From Cenarchaeum sp. (lineage in GTDB: Archaea; Thermoproteota; Nitrososphaeria; Nitrososphaerales; Nitrosopumilaceae), in contig CBDESU010000002.1 in the NCBI GenBank assembly GCA_965242695.1, positions 384,001-448,000 on the forward strand: a stretch of DNA of 64,000 nt, given 5' to 3'. The position numbers and the translations under genes were made by a program. Positions within the stretch are counted from its first letter, which is position 1, and each line of letters begins with the position of its first letter. This document shows, piece by piece, positions 47,997 to 58,764 of this stretch. The notes below the pieces were generated by a model that did not search any database, had not been told where the DNA came from, and saw only the letters and a list, made by a program, of their open reading frames with translations.

Positions 47997-48881
47997 ATGG
48001 CAAGTGGGACGGATCGGCAGAATGGTGCGCAGTGCCAGCCCGCGGCGCAGGCATCAAACGCCCGCGAGTGGCTTGAAATCGCGCGGCAGGATATCGAAGT
48101 GATGCGGCTGTGCCATGACAACGGCCACTACGGGGCGTCGGCCTACCACTGCCAGCAGGCGCTGGAAAAGATCATAAAGTTTACGGTTGTCAAGTATGGT
48201 CTCGTAGAGGATCCCGCCGACCTTAACCACTATGTCGTAGAGGAACTGGTTGAGCAGCTAATGGCGGATCTCCCAGAAGGTCCAGGGACAAGAGAGGCAT
48301 GGGGAATGGCCCGCGAACTGTTACGGGCTCTCAGAAAAAGCTCTCGGGGCTGCGAGGCCCAGCAAAGCGGCTGCGTCTCGCCCAAGGATTCCCTGTGGCT
48401 CGAGTCGCTCGGCGTAACCCAGACCAGCCCGAAACTGGCCAAGATGATGGACAGGGCCAAGATGCCTCCCACGCCCCCCTTGGAAGAGCTTTTTGCACGG
48501 TGTTTGCCAGAGAAGCACAAGGATATCATGGAAGATGTGCAGGAAGCCATGAAAAAAGGCGACAAAAATTCTGCGATCATGGCAGCAGTCTTCAAGCCCA
48601 CCAAGCTCCTCTGGGAAAAATTCAAAGAAAGATACAAGCCACACGGAGAACGCAGGGAACTTGGTAGGAAAGAGGCCAAGGTATGCCTTCTGCTCTGGCT
48701 GATGGCAAATATGGACACGTTTCTCAAGGCCACACCCCATGTGGAATACGGTCGCTATCCCGGAGTGGTGCGCGAAAGATCGCGCATCGCGTGGTACAGC
48801 GAACGTCGGGACGACCTTCTAGCCTTAGAGACATCAGCCTGCATGGCCTTTGACGAGCTGTGCGAGATGGTGGGGAACTAG
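47997..48881 (+). CDS. HEPN-domain protein with large central insert
   Basis: WLEIARQDI...AYHCQQALEKIIK...NH...GRYP; TATAAAAA at 47967-47974. Confidence 0.8.
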   Translation: MASGTDRQNGAQCQPAAQASNAREWLEIARQDIEVMRLCHDNGHYGASAYHCQQALEKIIKFTVVKYGLVEDPADLNHYVVEELVEQLMADLPEGPGTREAWGMARELLRALRKSSRGCEAQQSGCVSPKDSLWLESLGVTQTSPKLAKMMDRAKMPPTPPLEELFARCLPEKHKDIMEDVQEAMKKGDKNSAIMAAVFKPTKLLWEKFKERYKPHGERRELGRKEAKVCLLLWLMANMDTFLKATPHVEYGRYPGVVRERSRIAWYSERRDDLLALETSACMAFDELCEMVGN

Positions 48882-50011
48882 CGGTGCGCGCAGGCAACGG
48901 ATGCGGGCTGATCGCGAGCATGCTTTGAGCGCACACCCTGTTGCCCCTGACATGCTCCATGGATGTGAGTTGGCAGCGCCGCAGATCCCTCCCCCTCCCA
49001 AGCGGCCCGCCGTCAGAGGCCGTGCGAGCCATGGCATGCATCTGCCAAGCACGCAGCAGCCAGCGCGCGTGCTCTTGCCATACCGTGCCATCCCCCGCCC
49101 GGCCGCATGGGGCGCATGCCCGAGTGGGCCTCCATGGCATGCACGCCCCGTACTGCAATCCCTTTTCGCCTGCTCCCGTACAGCCGATACGGGCCTTTGG
49201 GCGCCGCAGTCTGTGCAGGCGCAGGCGGCGGGCAGGGCCTCAGGACGCCCCAGCCCACGACAAGCCTGCGCCTAGCTGCACGGCGAGATGGCGGTGGGCG
49301 CCTGCGGCCAAGGCAGCCCTGCCGCCAATGCGCAGGGCGAAGACATGCCCGCCTGCCGACGGCGTGACAAGACGTATGCAACGATAAAAAAGGGGGCAAT
49401 TTTGCCTGCTCGGCGTTGCGCCGATCGATCATGGATGTCAGCGTCATAAAAAAAACACACCGTGGCGGTGTGTTCTTCACCCTACATCAATTTGTAGACC
49501 GAATTGATTACTCTTAGCGGCGCTTTTGCTCGTTGTATACGATGTTTCGTCATATCATGGACACCTCCGTACCTATTACTACGTGCATGTTACTAATAAG
49601 GTTATCGATAAGATATATAAATCTTGATATTCAACATAATGCAAAAAAGCTGGTAGTGCTAACTAGTCAATAGTTTACATATAAAACATCGAAAACGGGA
49701 GGATGCCGAAAAGGCGGTGAAAATCCACAAAGCTTCAAAAACAACAGGGATGGTTGAAGTCGTGCGGCAGGTTCAGCCCCGCGGGGCAGGCCGAGGCGCT
49801 GTGCAGCCGTGGCATGCCCTGCTGTGCCGGCCGATCAAGTCCGTGTCGGCGGGTAGCACCAAGAAGGACGCGGAGTAGCCCGAGCCCAAGACACTTGCAT
49901 CCCGACTGATCATGGTCCCCGTATCCTGCCGTCCGTGAGGGGCGCGGCGAGACAGATTATTCAGGGGAGTGGGGGCAGGGACAAGCAGGTCTAGTCACGA
50001 GCGCATGTTCT

Positions 50012-50062
50012 TGACCCCCTTTTTGTTGCATCGACGCCTAATCGATGCACGTAAAAGGGTCA
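50012..50062. other. Imperfect about 50-nt inverted repeat (possible terminator or structured element)
   Basis: TGACCC..TTTT..TGCATCGA pairs with TCGATGCA..AAAAGGGTCA; lies just 3' of the minus-strand gene ending at 50089. Confidence 0.45.
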
Positions 50063-50088
50063 GAAACTTATGCTCGGGACTATCGTTG

Positions 50089-51021
50089 TCATGCACCCAA
50101 GCCTGAGACATCCATCTCGCGCGGCCGTGTCCCACCCGAGTCCGGGACTTCAACCTGCCGCTTTTTCATGAATGCGTATGCATAAGCAAAGAACGACAGG
50201 CAGTCGTCCAGCAGTGCCTGCGCTTTTTTTTGCCCCTCGTCTGTTCGATCTGGGTGCGGCTCGCCGTATCGCATGCTATCTCGTATTTGGCGTATTGTCA
50301 AATAAGAATCGGCAAAGTTCAGGCTGTGTAACTTGTCGAATTGTTTTAGTGCCAAAAATATCGCCTTGTGTTCAGACTTTAGGGGCAGTTGCCTGTACAA
50401 TAGAAGCATGGACTCGGCAAGTAGTTCGCAGGAGGACCAGAGCGACTCGTAGAAGGACGGCATGTTGTTTTTTTCGTTGGCTGTCACTGCAGAATGTAAG
50501 AATGCAATGGCTCGATCTAGCTTTCCACGCACCACTCCTCGGTTGTAGACTAGATCAGCCTTTCCGTACCATTTGCCGTGCAGCTGCACCAGCGATACCG
50601 TCGCGGCGTTAGGATCTGCCTTCTCACTTTCAATCCTCAGCAGTTCCTGCACATCCCCGTCACAGATGGGATCGTTATATTTAAATTCTTTGTTGATCCT
50701 ACATGTGAGCTTGAGGCCCGAATTGTCATTAATAAATATACGGTTTTTTAACTCATCGGGATACATTTCCAGATGGGCGGCGTATAGGTGAAAGTCTTCG
50801 GGGACATTCTTTCCCTTGAAGGTCTCCAGTACGTGCGGATATACATAATCGCAAAGAATACCGTGTATGATGCTTCTAGCAAAAATTCGTGTAGTGTCGG
50901 TGCCGCTCGTCTCGTTATATAATTCAAACTGCGTCAGCACCGAAGAAATCTGGCCAGGCCCGGCCGACTCGAGGGCTATGCCCACTAGGGACTCGACGGG
51001 GGGCTTCCTTGTGTCGGTCAT
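50089..51021 (-). CDS. Protein with C-terminal HEPN-like domain
   Basis: LDRAIAFLHSA...SSCELLAESML...SEHKAI...IRDSMRYG. Confidence 0.7.
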   Translation of the reverse strand: MTDTRKPPVESLVGIALESAGPGQISSVLTQFELYNETSGTDTTRIFARSIIHGILCDYVYPHVLETFKGKNVPEDFHLYAAHLEMYPDELKNRIFINDNSGLKLTCRINKEFKYNDPICDGDVQELLRIESEKADPNAATVSLVQLHGKWYGKADLVYNRGVVRGKLDRAIAFLHSAVTANEKNNMPSFYESLWSSCELLAESMLLLYRQLPLKSEHKAIFLALKQFDKLHSLNFADSYLTIRQIRDSMRYGEPHPDRTDEGQKKAQALLDDCLSFFAYAYAFMKKRQVEVPDSGGTRPREMDVSGLGA

Positions 51022-51647
51022 GGCTGTTTCCAGCGGCTGGGTGCTTGAGGGGTACTTGAATATGTCGATCGGGCGATTCGCAGTAACAAGCGCGGCTACG
51101 GGAAAGACGGGCCTCTCGCCCTGTGCCCGTGCCCCAGCTGGCACCGCCTCATGCTGGCGCACGGCCCTGCGTAGCGGACGAAGTGCGCCTTGCGCCTGTG
51201 CCCGTGCGCCAGCTGGCGCCATCCCGCCGCAAGGCCTGCACGGCTTGCCGAGCTCTCGCGTATGGTGGACGGAAGATTGGTAGACTAGCCGCTACGCGCC
51301 AGCGGTTCCCGCCCTTAAGATACGAAGGAGTAGTCACGGGGGGGCCCACAAAGCCTCAAGGTGCCGCATATCGACCGGGGTGGTACGATCGGCGTCGTGT
51401 CGCGGGCATTGGTGCAGCGGCAGACAAGCTGCGATGCGTATGGAGCAGGATGCAGGCGGGTATTCGGCGGAGTGTCCGATCCTGTCGTCAACTACCCTAC
51501 GTTAGCAAAAAAAAAGCAGGATGGTGACATGTATAGACGTACGATCCCCAAAAAGGGCCAAAGCCTAGCGGCGGTGCGGGAAGTGTGCGAGTACGGGTGT
51601 GAAGAGAGCAGTCGAGCTGCACAAGGGCTGTGGGACGCAACCCGCCG

Positions 51648-52646
51648 TCAATTCCACCGAGTTCGTCCATTAGGTGGCATGAATTTTTTTACGTCGTCGC
51701 TCATGTCGATCGTGCCATGTAATAAGAATGGTGCTCCGTGCTTTAAGTGCTTCAAGAGTTTTTCAGCTACAAAATAAATTTTTGCAAGTAGATCTTTCAC
51801 GTCGTCCTTGTGCTTTGCGTAAATCTTTTTTGAGTCCACGCCGTCTAATTTCGTAGGGTACCGCGATATTTGTTGGTGTGCATAGGAAGGAGCTAGCACA
51901 CCAAGAATTATTATCATATTTGCCTGAGCAAACAGTTGTTCCACATCTAGAACGCCATTCCCAGAAATTTTTTTATTGTTTAACAACGATCGGGATCTGT
52001 AGGCTTCACTCTTCCTGCTTTTGTTTTTATTAACATTTGAAGCGACGGCAATGAGCTTAGACTGCTTGATGGATATGCACTTGTCAGGAGTTTGTTCATA
52101 CGAATGTTGATGTCCAGTCTGTATCTGGGCTGTTTTTTCACCCCAGTCCGATAGCGCTTTCCAAAATTTGTCAAATTCATCCCTTTTGTTGTCGGCAAGT
52201 TTGATGCTAAGTGACGACTTCCACAATTGCGCCTGTAGATCCTTATTTTTCATCATGTCAAACGCTTTTTGAAGATTGTACAGCTGGTCAAGGGCCCGCT
52301 CTAGTTGTTCCTTGTTGGGAGGCTCACGTCCTATGTTTGACTTTGTAGTTTCGATCATCTTTTTGACGGCCGCGGGATAGGGAAAATGCCCTGCTGCCAC
52401 CGCCTTGCTGATAATTCCGTAGTGTAGCATGTACGCTTTGACGCAAAGCTCCAGTCCCTCATTGGCCGAGAATACGGCGTACCTCAGATCGCCCTTCCCG
52501 AACAGCATGCGGCTCCTCTCTATGTTCTCCTGGGCGTACTCTAGGTACGGCTCGATCTCCACCGGGGCGACAGCACGGCTCTCGGGTTGCATCCCCGCGT
52601 GGCTCGGCGTCATGCGCACTCGCCCCAGTATATCTCGGCCCGGCAT
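51648..52646 (-). CDS. HEPN-domain protein with large central insert
   Basis: YLEYAQENI...AVFSANEGLELCVKAY...GH...SRYP; same layout as 47997-48881; start uncertain. Confidence 0.75.
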   Translation of the reverse strand: MPGRDILGRVRMTPSHAGMQPESRAVAPVEIEPYLEYAQENIERSRMLFGKGDLRYAVFSANEGLELCVKAYMLHYGIISKAVAAGHFPYPAAVKKMIETTKSNIGREPPNKEQLERALDQLYNLQKAFDMMKNKDLQAQLWKSSLSIKLADNKRDEFDKFWKALSDWGEKTAQIQTGHQHSYEQTPDKCISIKQSKLIAVASNVNKNKSRKSEAYRSRSLLNNKKISGNGVLDVEQLFAQANMIIILGVLAPSYAHQQISRYPTKLDGVDSKKIYAKHKDDVKDLLAKIYFVAEKLLKHLKHGAPFLLHGTIDMSDDVKKFMPPNGRTRWN

Positions 52647-53375
52647 GCTCTTGTGCGCCCGCTGCTCCCGCCCCCAGGTTCTGTGTGTTTTGGGGCGCTG
52701 GAAAGGGTACCAGCCGTGCGCGGATCCGCACTGCGTTTTTCTCCTGTCCCTGCGCTAGCTATGACTCCCGTTGCGCATGTATTCCTGTACACCTTTGCCG
52801 CCGCCGTGTAATCGGCTGGGCGCACAGGGCGCGGCGCGCCCTGGTGCGGCAAAACGGGATGTGGCACCCTCTGCATGCCCGGCGCCGCATACAATCCTGT
52901 GCGTGAAAAGCAGGGCCGCGCCGATATGTGAAGATCCGGTGGGGGCGGCCCTGTTGCGCACAGATGTCGTTGGGCGGACGGGCGGGATGGCGGGATGCGC
53001 CCGGTGGGGGCGGCGGACGGAGGGGCCACGGACGCCAGCTGCGCCCGACCCGCCCCGACGGCGGGCCACGGGTCACCTCTCTCATGGCCATTGCCCGTAG
53101 CGTGACTCCTCATGCAGGCCGCATCCACCGGCGCAATAAAAGCCATAGGTTTCTGCGGGCAACAACGAAAGAGAGAGGAGGGATTGGCTCTGACAGGGAC
53201 TAGATATCGATGGGATGGATCGAGTGGGCGTCTTTGCTCCGCCCGCCACCCCGCCGCGCGGCCCTAGCATGCTACGCCCCCAGCTACACGCCGGCACGGC
53301 ACCGATCTAGATGCGGGCCAGGCGGACGGCGGGAGAGGCTTATTATCCGGCGCACGGGGCGCACCCTGAGCGTAG

Positions 53376-56300
53376 ATGGACAAGGATGCGGCGGGCCAGC
53401 CCATGTCCGATGCCGCCCAAGAGCCGTCCGAGGACGGGCGGTGCGGCGGGGCCCGGCAAGCCGGAGACGCCGGCGCTACAGGGCATGCAGGCGGCGTAGC
53501 AGGGAACGCGCGTACCGCGCCCCTCCTGCCGCCCGCGTCAAGCGCACTTTGCGCCGCGGGCGGGGAGGAGGGCAATGCGGGCAGGCTAGCGGGCGCCGTG
53601 CGCAGGAGCGGGGACGGATGGGAGGCCACGGATCCCGCGCAGAACGAGACGGCGGCAAGGCTGGCCCAGTACGAGCCAAGGGCCAGGGATGCGTACTTGG
53701 AAGCGCTGTACGCGCTGCAACAGTACGAGTACCCGGGCCGGCTGGTGCACGCAGCGCATTCCCTAAGGGATGTCATAGACCTGCTGGCCAGATCTAAGCA
53801 GGCGAAGCATGAGCGAAAGAAATCCCTCGGCTTCGAACTAAGAAAGACTTTGCTACAGGAGGTGTTCGATCCCCGTGCCCGGCATGCGACCCGCAGAGAC
53901 GGCGAGTGCAGCAAACTGGCCTTGATGTACAGCAAGCTCAGTGAAATTGCGCACCACGGCAGGCAGGCTGCAGAAGAGGAGCTGACCAGTGCGCTCTCGA
54001 AGCTGGAGGAGGCGCTGAGAATCCTCGACTCCCCCCAGTTGGCAGTAAACAAGGAAATGGACGACATACTGTCAAAGCCTCCGTCCGAAGAGTTGGCATG
54101 GCGGCTCGTCGGAATGCAGAACCGCGTGGCCACTCAGAACAGGCTGGCTGAGAACCTGCCCGTAGAGTGGCTACCGTACATGGAGAAGGCTAGGTATTTT
54201 GCGGAGCCAGAGCCTGCAGGCACGTTAGATCATACGTCTTACCCCATATGGCCGCCGTCGCTGTACCTGCGCAGGTGCACAAGACGGTTTGGCGCAAAGA
54301 TCGCAGAGATAATCACTACAACCAAGTTCGAACGTGAGTCAGAGCGAAACCCCGCTGTCTACATGGACTTTCTTGCCTGCGCATGCGACCTGCCCCTGTC
54401 CGATGCAGAAAAGATAGCTGTCAAGGCGCTCAAGGAAGGCTGGGACGACTGTACCAGCATCATCATGCACGACAATGGATATATGGAACTGGCCAAGAGG
54501 TTGTACCTTGGGGGAAGGCATGCCATTGCGGCAGAGATGTTCTTCTCTTTGCTGAAGGCAAAGATGCTGGAAGCGTCGGTGGAGAACGAGAGGAAGCCGG
54601 ACTCCCAACGGTTCGCAGTGCAGGCGGACGTCGAGTGGTTCGCCATGGAGCTGCGCGAGAAGATGCTCCCCCTAGCCAAGAGCTGCCCCTGGCCCGTCAT
54701 GAACCTGCTGGGGCTCTTCCTGGACGAAGTCGACAAGCATGGCGCCGAGAGAAGGAAGAAGGTGGGCAAAACCGACGACCCGAAGGGAAGACAGGTGGGC
54801 AAAACCGAAGCAGAAAAGATAGTTAGCGAGCTGCTGGACTGCAAGCGTGACTGGGACGACGATGCATGGTCTCTGTTCCAGAGGCAGATGGTCGATTTTG
54901 TCACCATCTTTGTCACCGACTGCATTAGGAACCATGTCCCGCGAACGTCCGACGGGATGGCCCGGCTGAGGGAGATCATGGTAGAGTTCTACAAAAAGGG
55001 CCACATGGCGTTCAGAAAGATCGAGCTATCCGCCTATGCCGAGTTTCTCGTCGAGTTTAGGCCCGAGGTCGAAACATCAGTGCTGATGTATTTTGACCGA
55101 CAGGACATGCACGATGAGTATCGCACACTGCTAGGGGCCTCATTCTGCCATCTCGGACAGCAAGTGAAGCAGGAGGTGCTAAAGAAGATAGACAGGGGGC
55201 CCAGCCAGGATCGGCTCGACGACATTGAGGTATGGCACGGGGCGGCCCGGGCACAGGCAGCCGAAAAGCACTGGAAGCTCGGGCACCTGCATCAAGTCAG
55301 GGAGCACCTGGAGGGAGAGCACCTTGCGGCGTATCGGACCCTGCTCAGAGAGATGGGCGAGCCCAAACAGCCGAAGCGGGTGCAACCCATCGTCAAGGTT
55401 CAGGACACGGGGCATAGCGACAGCGGTGTGCTGGCTGGCAAAAGCGTGGACCAGGCATTCGAGCACATGAGGGAGCATGGGGACAGCGTAGACGAGTTTT
55501 TCGAGAGAATGCACCTGGGAACAGAGTTCGAGGAGTACGCAAGAGACAACCCGGAAGAGTGCTCCAAGAGGGCGTACGAGGCCAGGACTATCAGCCCCGC
55601 CGCGCTTCGCTACATGGTGTCGGGCCTAGGCGCCACGTTGCGGGAGGGCAGGAACATCGACTGGGACGGGGCCCTGCGGTTGATCGAGCATACGGTGGCC
55701 GCCAGGCGTGCACGCGGGTGCGGGCCGGCGGAATTATCCCTCCTGAGCGCCATGTGCAGCCTGATCGAGAGGGGGCTAAAGGGCGACTTTATCGACATGG
55801 GCACGAGGAGGCGCGTGTGGGACGTGATAGAGGCCTTTGTGGAGATCGGCGCCGAATGCGCAGAGGACGCGGATGCTAGGTGGCAACAGCGGCGGGGGAG
55901 AGTGGTTGTCGTACGGGCAAGGCGGAACAGACGGGCAACGGAACCCACGGGGATGAGCCCGCTTGACGCATCGCTCAATGAGGTAGACGGCCTGTCGTTC
56001 CATGCCGCCTACCAGTATGCGGCATGGTGCCAGAGGCAGGGAGAGGAAAAGGGGGCCTTTGCCCCCGAGGCAGGGCGCGTGTTCGACTCCTACCTGGACA
56101 GGGACACAGATGCACATTCGGCTGCAAGGCACGCGGTGCTGGGCGCCTTTCTTACCAGCTTTTACCAACTTGACCACGAGTGGGCGGAGAGGCTGTCCAC
56201 TAGGATCGCCAGCGGCAAGGAGGCAAAGGGCGCCTTCTGGGAGTCCTATGTAGCGTGGAACGACGTGTACCCCCACGTCTTCAAGGACCTGCTCCCCCTG

Positions 56301-56885
56301 TACCGCGAGTTCACCAAGAAAGGAGCAATGCAATGCGGAGCCAGCAAACGGGCGTCCGAGTCTACGATCGTCCATGTCATGCTGGCGCACCTCTACGGCC
56401 TAGAGGGGGCCGACAAGCCGGTAAAGAACCTGCTCGGCGGGAGCGACGAGACGCTGCAAGAGTGCGCCCGCCAGATAGCCATTATCATGAGGGGCAAGGC
56501 CGACGATCCCGACTTTGACAAAGAGAGACTGGCGGCCCTGTGGAAGGATCCGGGCTTTGCAAGGTGCGATCTCGGCATGTGGCTTGTGAACAGCCCCCTT
56601 GACAAAGGGGACACGATTGCCCTGTACCGCGACCACGTCGCTGGATACCAGGGCGAAATCAACCTGTACGCCCCCGTCAAGCACCTCGTCCCGTACGCCA
56701 AGGACTTTCCGGAAGAGGTAGCCGATTGCCTCGAGGCGCTGGTCGACAGGTGCGGCGGCTACGTGCTGGATCAAGTGTGGGAAGTGCTAACGCCCCTGCG
56801 CGACTCGGACAGCGTAGCTGTCAAGGAAAGATGCGGCGCCATCGACGAAAAGCTGGCGCAACGAGGCCACGAGTATGGATCGTAG
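53376..56885 (+). CDS. Large alpha-helical protein with N-terminal HEPN-like domain and Avs-like sensor-type body, no P-loop seen
   Basis: AAHSLRDVID...LSEIAHH, then EWLPYM..ARYF.EP...WPPSLYL and helical repeats; CTTATTA box upstream. Confidence 0.7.
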   Translation: MDKDAAGQPMSDAAQEPSEDGRCGGARQAGDAGATGHAGGVAGNARTAPLLPPASSALCAAGGEEGNAGRLAGAVRRSGDGWEATDPAQNETAARLAQYEPRARDAYLEALYALQQYEYPGRLVHAAHSLRDVIDLLARSKQAKHERKKSLGFELRKTLLQEVFDPRARHATRRDGECSKLALMYSKLSEIAHHGRQAAEEELTSALSKLEEALRILDSPQLAVNKEMDDILSKPPSEELAWRLVGMQNRVATQNRLAENLPVEWLPYMEKARYFAEPEPAGTLDHTSYPIWPPSLYLRRCTRRFGAKIAEIITTTKFERESERNPAVYMDFLACACDLPLSDAEKIAVKALKEGWDDCTSIIMHDNGYMELAKRLYLGGRHAIAAEMFFSLLKAKMLEASVENERKPDSQRFAVQADVEWFAMELREKMLPLAKSCPWPVMNLLGLFLDEVDKHGAERRKKVGKTDDPKGRQVGKTEAEKIVSELLDCKRDWDDDAWSLFQRQMVDFVTIFVTDCIRNHVPRTSDGMARLREIMVEFYKKGHMAFRKIELSAYAEFLVEFRPEVETSVLMYFDRQDMHDEYRTLLGASFCHLGQQVKQEVLKKIDRGPSQDRLDDIEVWHGAARAQAAEKHWKLGHLHQVREHLEGEHLAAYRTLLREMGEPKQPKRVQPIVKVQDTGHSDSGVLAGKSVDQAFEHMREHGDSVDEFFERMHLGTEFEEYARDNPEECSKRAYEARTISPAALRYMVSGLGATLREGRNIDWDGALRLIEHTVAARRARGCGPAELSLLSAMCSLIERGLKGDFIDMGTRRRVWDVIEAFVEIGAECAEDADARWQQRRGRVVVVRARRNRRATEPTGMSPLDASLNEVDGLSFHAAYQYAAWCQRQGEEKGAFAPEAGRVFDSYLDRDTDAHSAARHAVLGAFLTSFYQLDHEWAERLSTRIASGKEAKGAFWESYVAWNDVYPHVFKDLLPLYREFTKKGAMQCGASKRASESTIVHVMLAHLYGLEGADKPVKNLLGGSDETLQECARQIAIIMRGKADDPDFDKERLAALWKDPGFARCDLGMWLVNSPLDKGDTIALYRDHVAGYQGEINLYAPVKHLVPYAKDFPEEVADCLEALVDRCGGYVLDQVWEVLTPLRDSDSVAVKERCGAIDEKLAQRGHEYGS

Positions 56886-56990
56886 CGGCAGGAGCATCAA
56901 CAGCTCAAAACGGAGAACGCCGTGCACGTGTGAGTCTTCCAATAGCCCCGGCGGCAGACCGGCACGCCGGGGCAGAAAGGGAGAGGGGTA

Positions 56991-57374
56991 TCAGCCAAAC
57001 AGTGTGCGGAGAATCAATAGCGGCACTTGGAGCATGGATAGTAGCGCATCCACCCATTTTCTGGGTCTTTCTTGATCATCGGGCCCATGGCCACTGAGCA
57101 GGCGCTCGTGGCAGGAGATCATGGCCGGCATTGCGGCGGCCACTAGGCGCTCGTCTGCGAACGCGATCGCTTGCCTGGTCAGCGCCTCAGCCCTTTCTTG
57201 GGACATGTGCGCCCCCGCGCTATTCACCATTTGCCTGAAATCTCGGTCGGCCTCCATGTAGTCTGATTTTCGTGGCTTGGGAAGATAGTGATACAATGCG
57301 GCGGGATTGGAGAGGGGCCGTGCAGTGATTTGCTCCATGCGCCTCCAAAACTGGTTCGCCTCCTCGACCCCCAT
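56991..57374 (-). CDS. Hypothetical protein
   Basis: Helical composition; CTTTAATA box about 27 nt upstream. Confidence 0.5.
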   Translation of the reverse strand: MGVEEANQFWRRMEQITARPLSNPAALYHYLPKPRKSDYMEADRDFRQMVNSAGAHMSQERAEALTRQAIAFADERLVAAAMPAMISCHERLLSGHGPDDQERPRKWVDALLSMLQVPLLILRTLFG

Positions 57375-57774
57375 TTCAGTTGAGCGAACGCCAGCGCCCC
57401 CTATTAAAGCTATAGTTGCGGTGGCATCGGGGCAAGGCGGCCGTGGCGCGAGCCGGTGGGCGCAGGGACACCTGCCGCGGGCAGGTGCTTACGCAGGCCT
57501 AGTCTTGGGCCAGAACACTCGGATCATGCGATCGCCTTGAACGTGGCCGACAATGGGCGAGCAGAGACAGATGCTGGCATGGAGCTGCCTCGTCTGTGAC
57601 ACCAAGCCACCCGGCGATCAGATCGGTAATCACTGCCATCGCTACACCACTCATGTGCGAGTGTGGCGAAAATCAACAGACGTGTGTCGGCGTAGCTGCC
57701 GCTAGGACATCAACCGCCTGTCGCGCGGCGAACCAGAGAAGGGTTATTAAGCCCCCCCTAGGCGCCCTGCGCAG

Positions 57775-58728
57775 ATGGTGTTGACTGACGAGGGGTGGCT
57801 CAGGGGTCGGCTTGGCAAGCTGGTCGCTGGCTCTGCGAAGATTACGGACGACGGGCCGACTACTGACTACAAATACCACACGGCGCTAAAGCTGGTGGCT
57901 ATACAATACTACGCGGAGACATTTGTAAAGGTGGTGCGCAAACAAGTGCGTGAGAAAAAGGCCGACGGGGCCGTCTTCATAGACCTCTTTGCGGGGACGG
58001 GCGCCGTCACGTTTAGGGGATCGCCGCACGACGACCGGCTGCCTGGCTCGTCGTGCTGCGTGGCGCAGATTCAAGATGGTTTTGACCATCTGGTGTGCAT
58101 AGAGAAGAGCCCACGCAAGCAAAAGGCGGTGCAGGGTCGCCTAGCTAGGATTTTAAACGAATCAGACTTTGACGTGATCCAGGGCGACTGCAACGAGGTG
58201 GTCGAAGATGTGATCTCACGAGTGCGCAAGAGATTCAAAAATCCCATAGTTCTGGTGTTTGCAGATCCCGAGGGCCTTCATATAAAGGCCAAGACCCTTC
58301 AAAGGATCGGTGACGAGTTTAATCGGTGCGATTTTGTCATAAACGTCAACAGCGCGGGTGTAGGCCGCGTAGTGGCAAAGATCAAAAAGGGAATGGGCGA
58401 TGTCGAAAGGTCGTTGGAGGACTACATGGACGCCGATATCAATGAGATCTTGCGCGGGTTAGAGAACAAGTCGCCCGAAGAATATTATTACAAAAAAATT
58501 GTTGAAAGGGCCCTGGGCAAGCCCATCGGCAGCACGATCAAGATCATGGAGAAGCCTACACAGTTATCTTACTACCTGCTGGGCTACACACGTCTCACTC
58601 GCGGCGGCGCGGGGTACGCCAAGGCGTTTCGGGAGCTGGAGCGTCGCTTCAAGTCCCTTACGGGGAACACGGTTCGTATCGAGATGGAAAAGCTCCAAAA
58701 CAGGCAGGAAACACTGAATGGGAGTTGA
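57775..58728 (+). CDS. tcmP: Three-Cys-motif partner protein (TcmP-like, methyltransferase fold)
   Basis: HTALKL...YY, FIDLFAGTG, IEK, GDCN, LVFADPEG; adjacent to DUF5131 genes; TTATTAA box upstream. Confidence 0.82.
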   Translation: MVLTDEGWLRGRLGKLVAGSAKITDDGPTTDYKYHTALKLVAIQYYAETFVKVVRKQVREKKADGAVFIDLFAGTGAVTFRGSPHDDRLPGSSCCVAQIQDGFDHLVCIEKSPRKQKAVQGRLARILNESDFDVIQGDCNEVVEDVISRVRKRFKNPIVLVFADPEGLHIKAKTLQRIGDEFNRCDFVINVNSAGVGRVVAKIKKGMGDVERSLEDYMDADINEILRGLENKSPEEYYYKKIVERALGKPIGSTIKIMEKPTQLSYYLLGYTRLTRGGAGYAKAFRELERRFKSLTGNTVRIEMEKLQNRQETLNGS

Positions 58729-58764
58729 GACGGCCAGTCGATCCTGTCGTCTTGCGCCTGCATT

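Noticed and set aside
51120-51220. Two 26-bp direct repeats (2 mismatches) 49 bp apart, resembling a mini-CRISPR
   Set aside because: Only two copies in GC-rich sequence, with no leader or cas genes; probably a local duplication.
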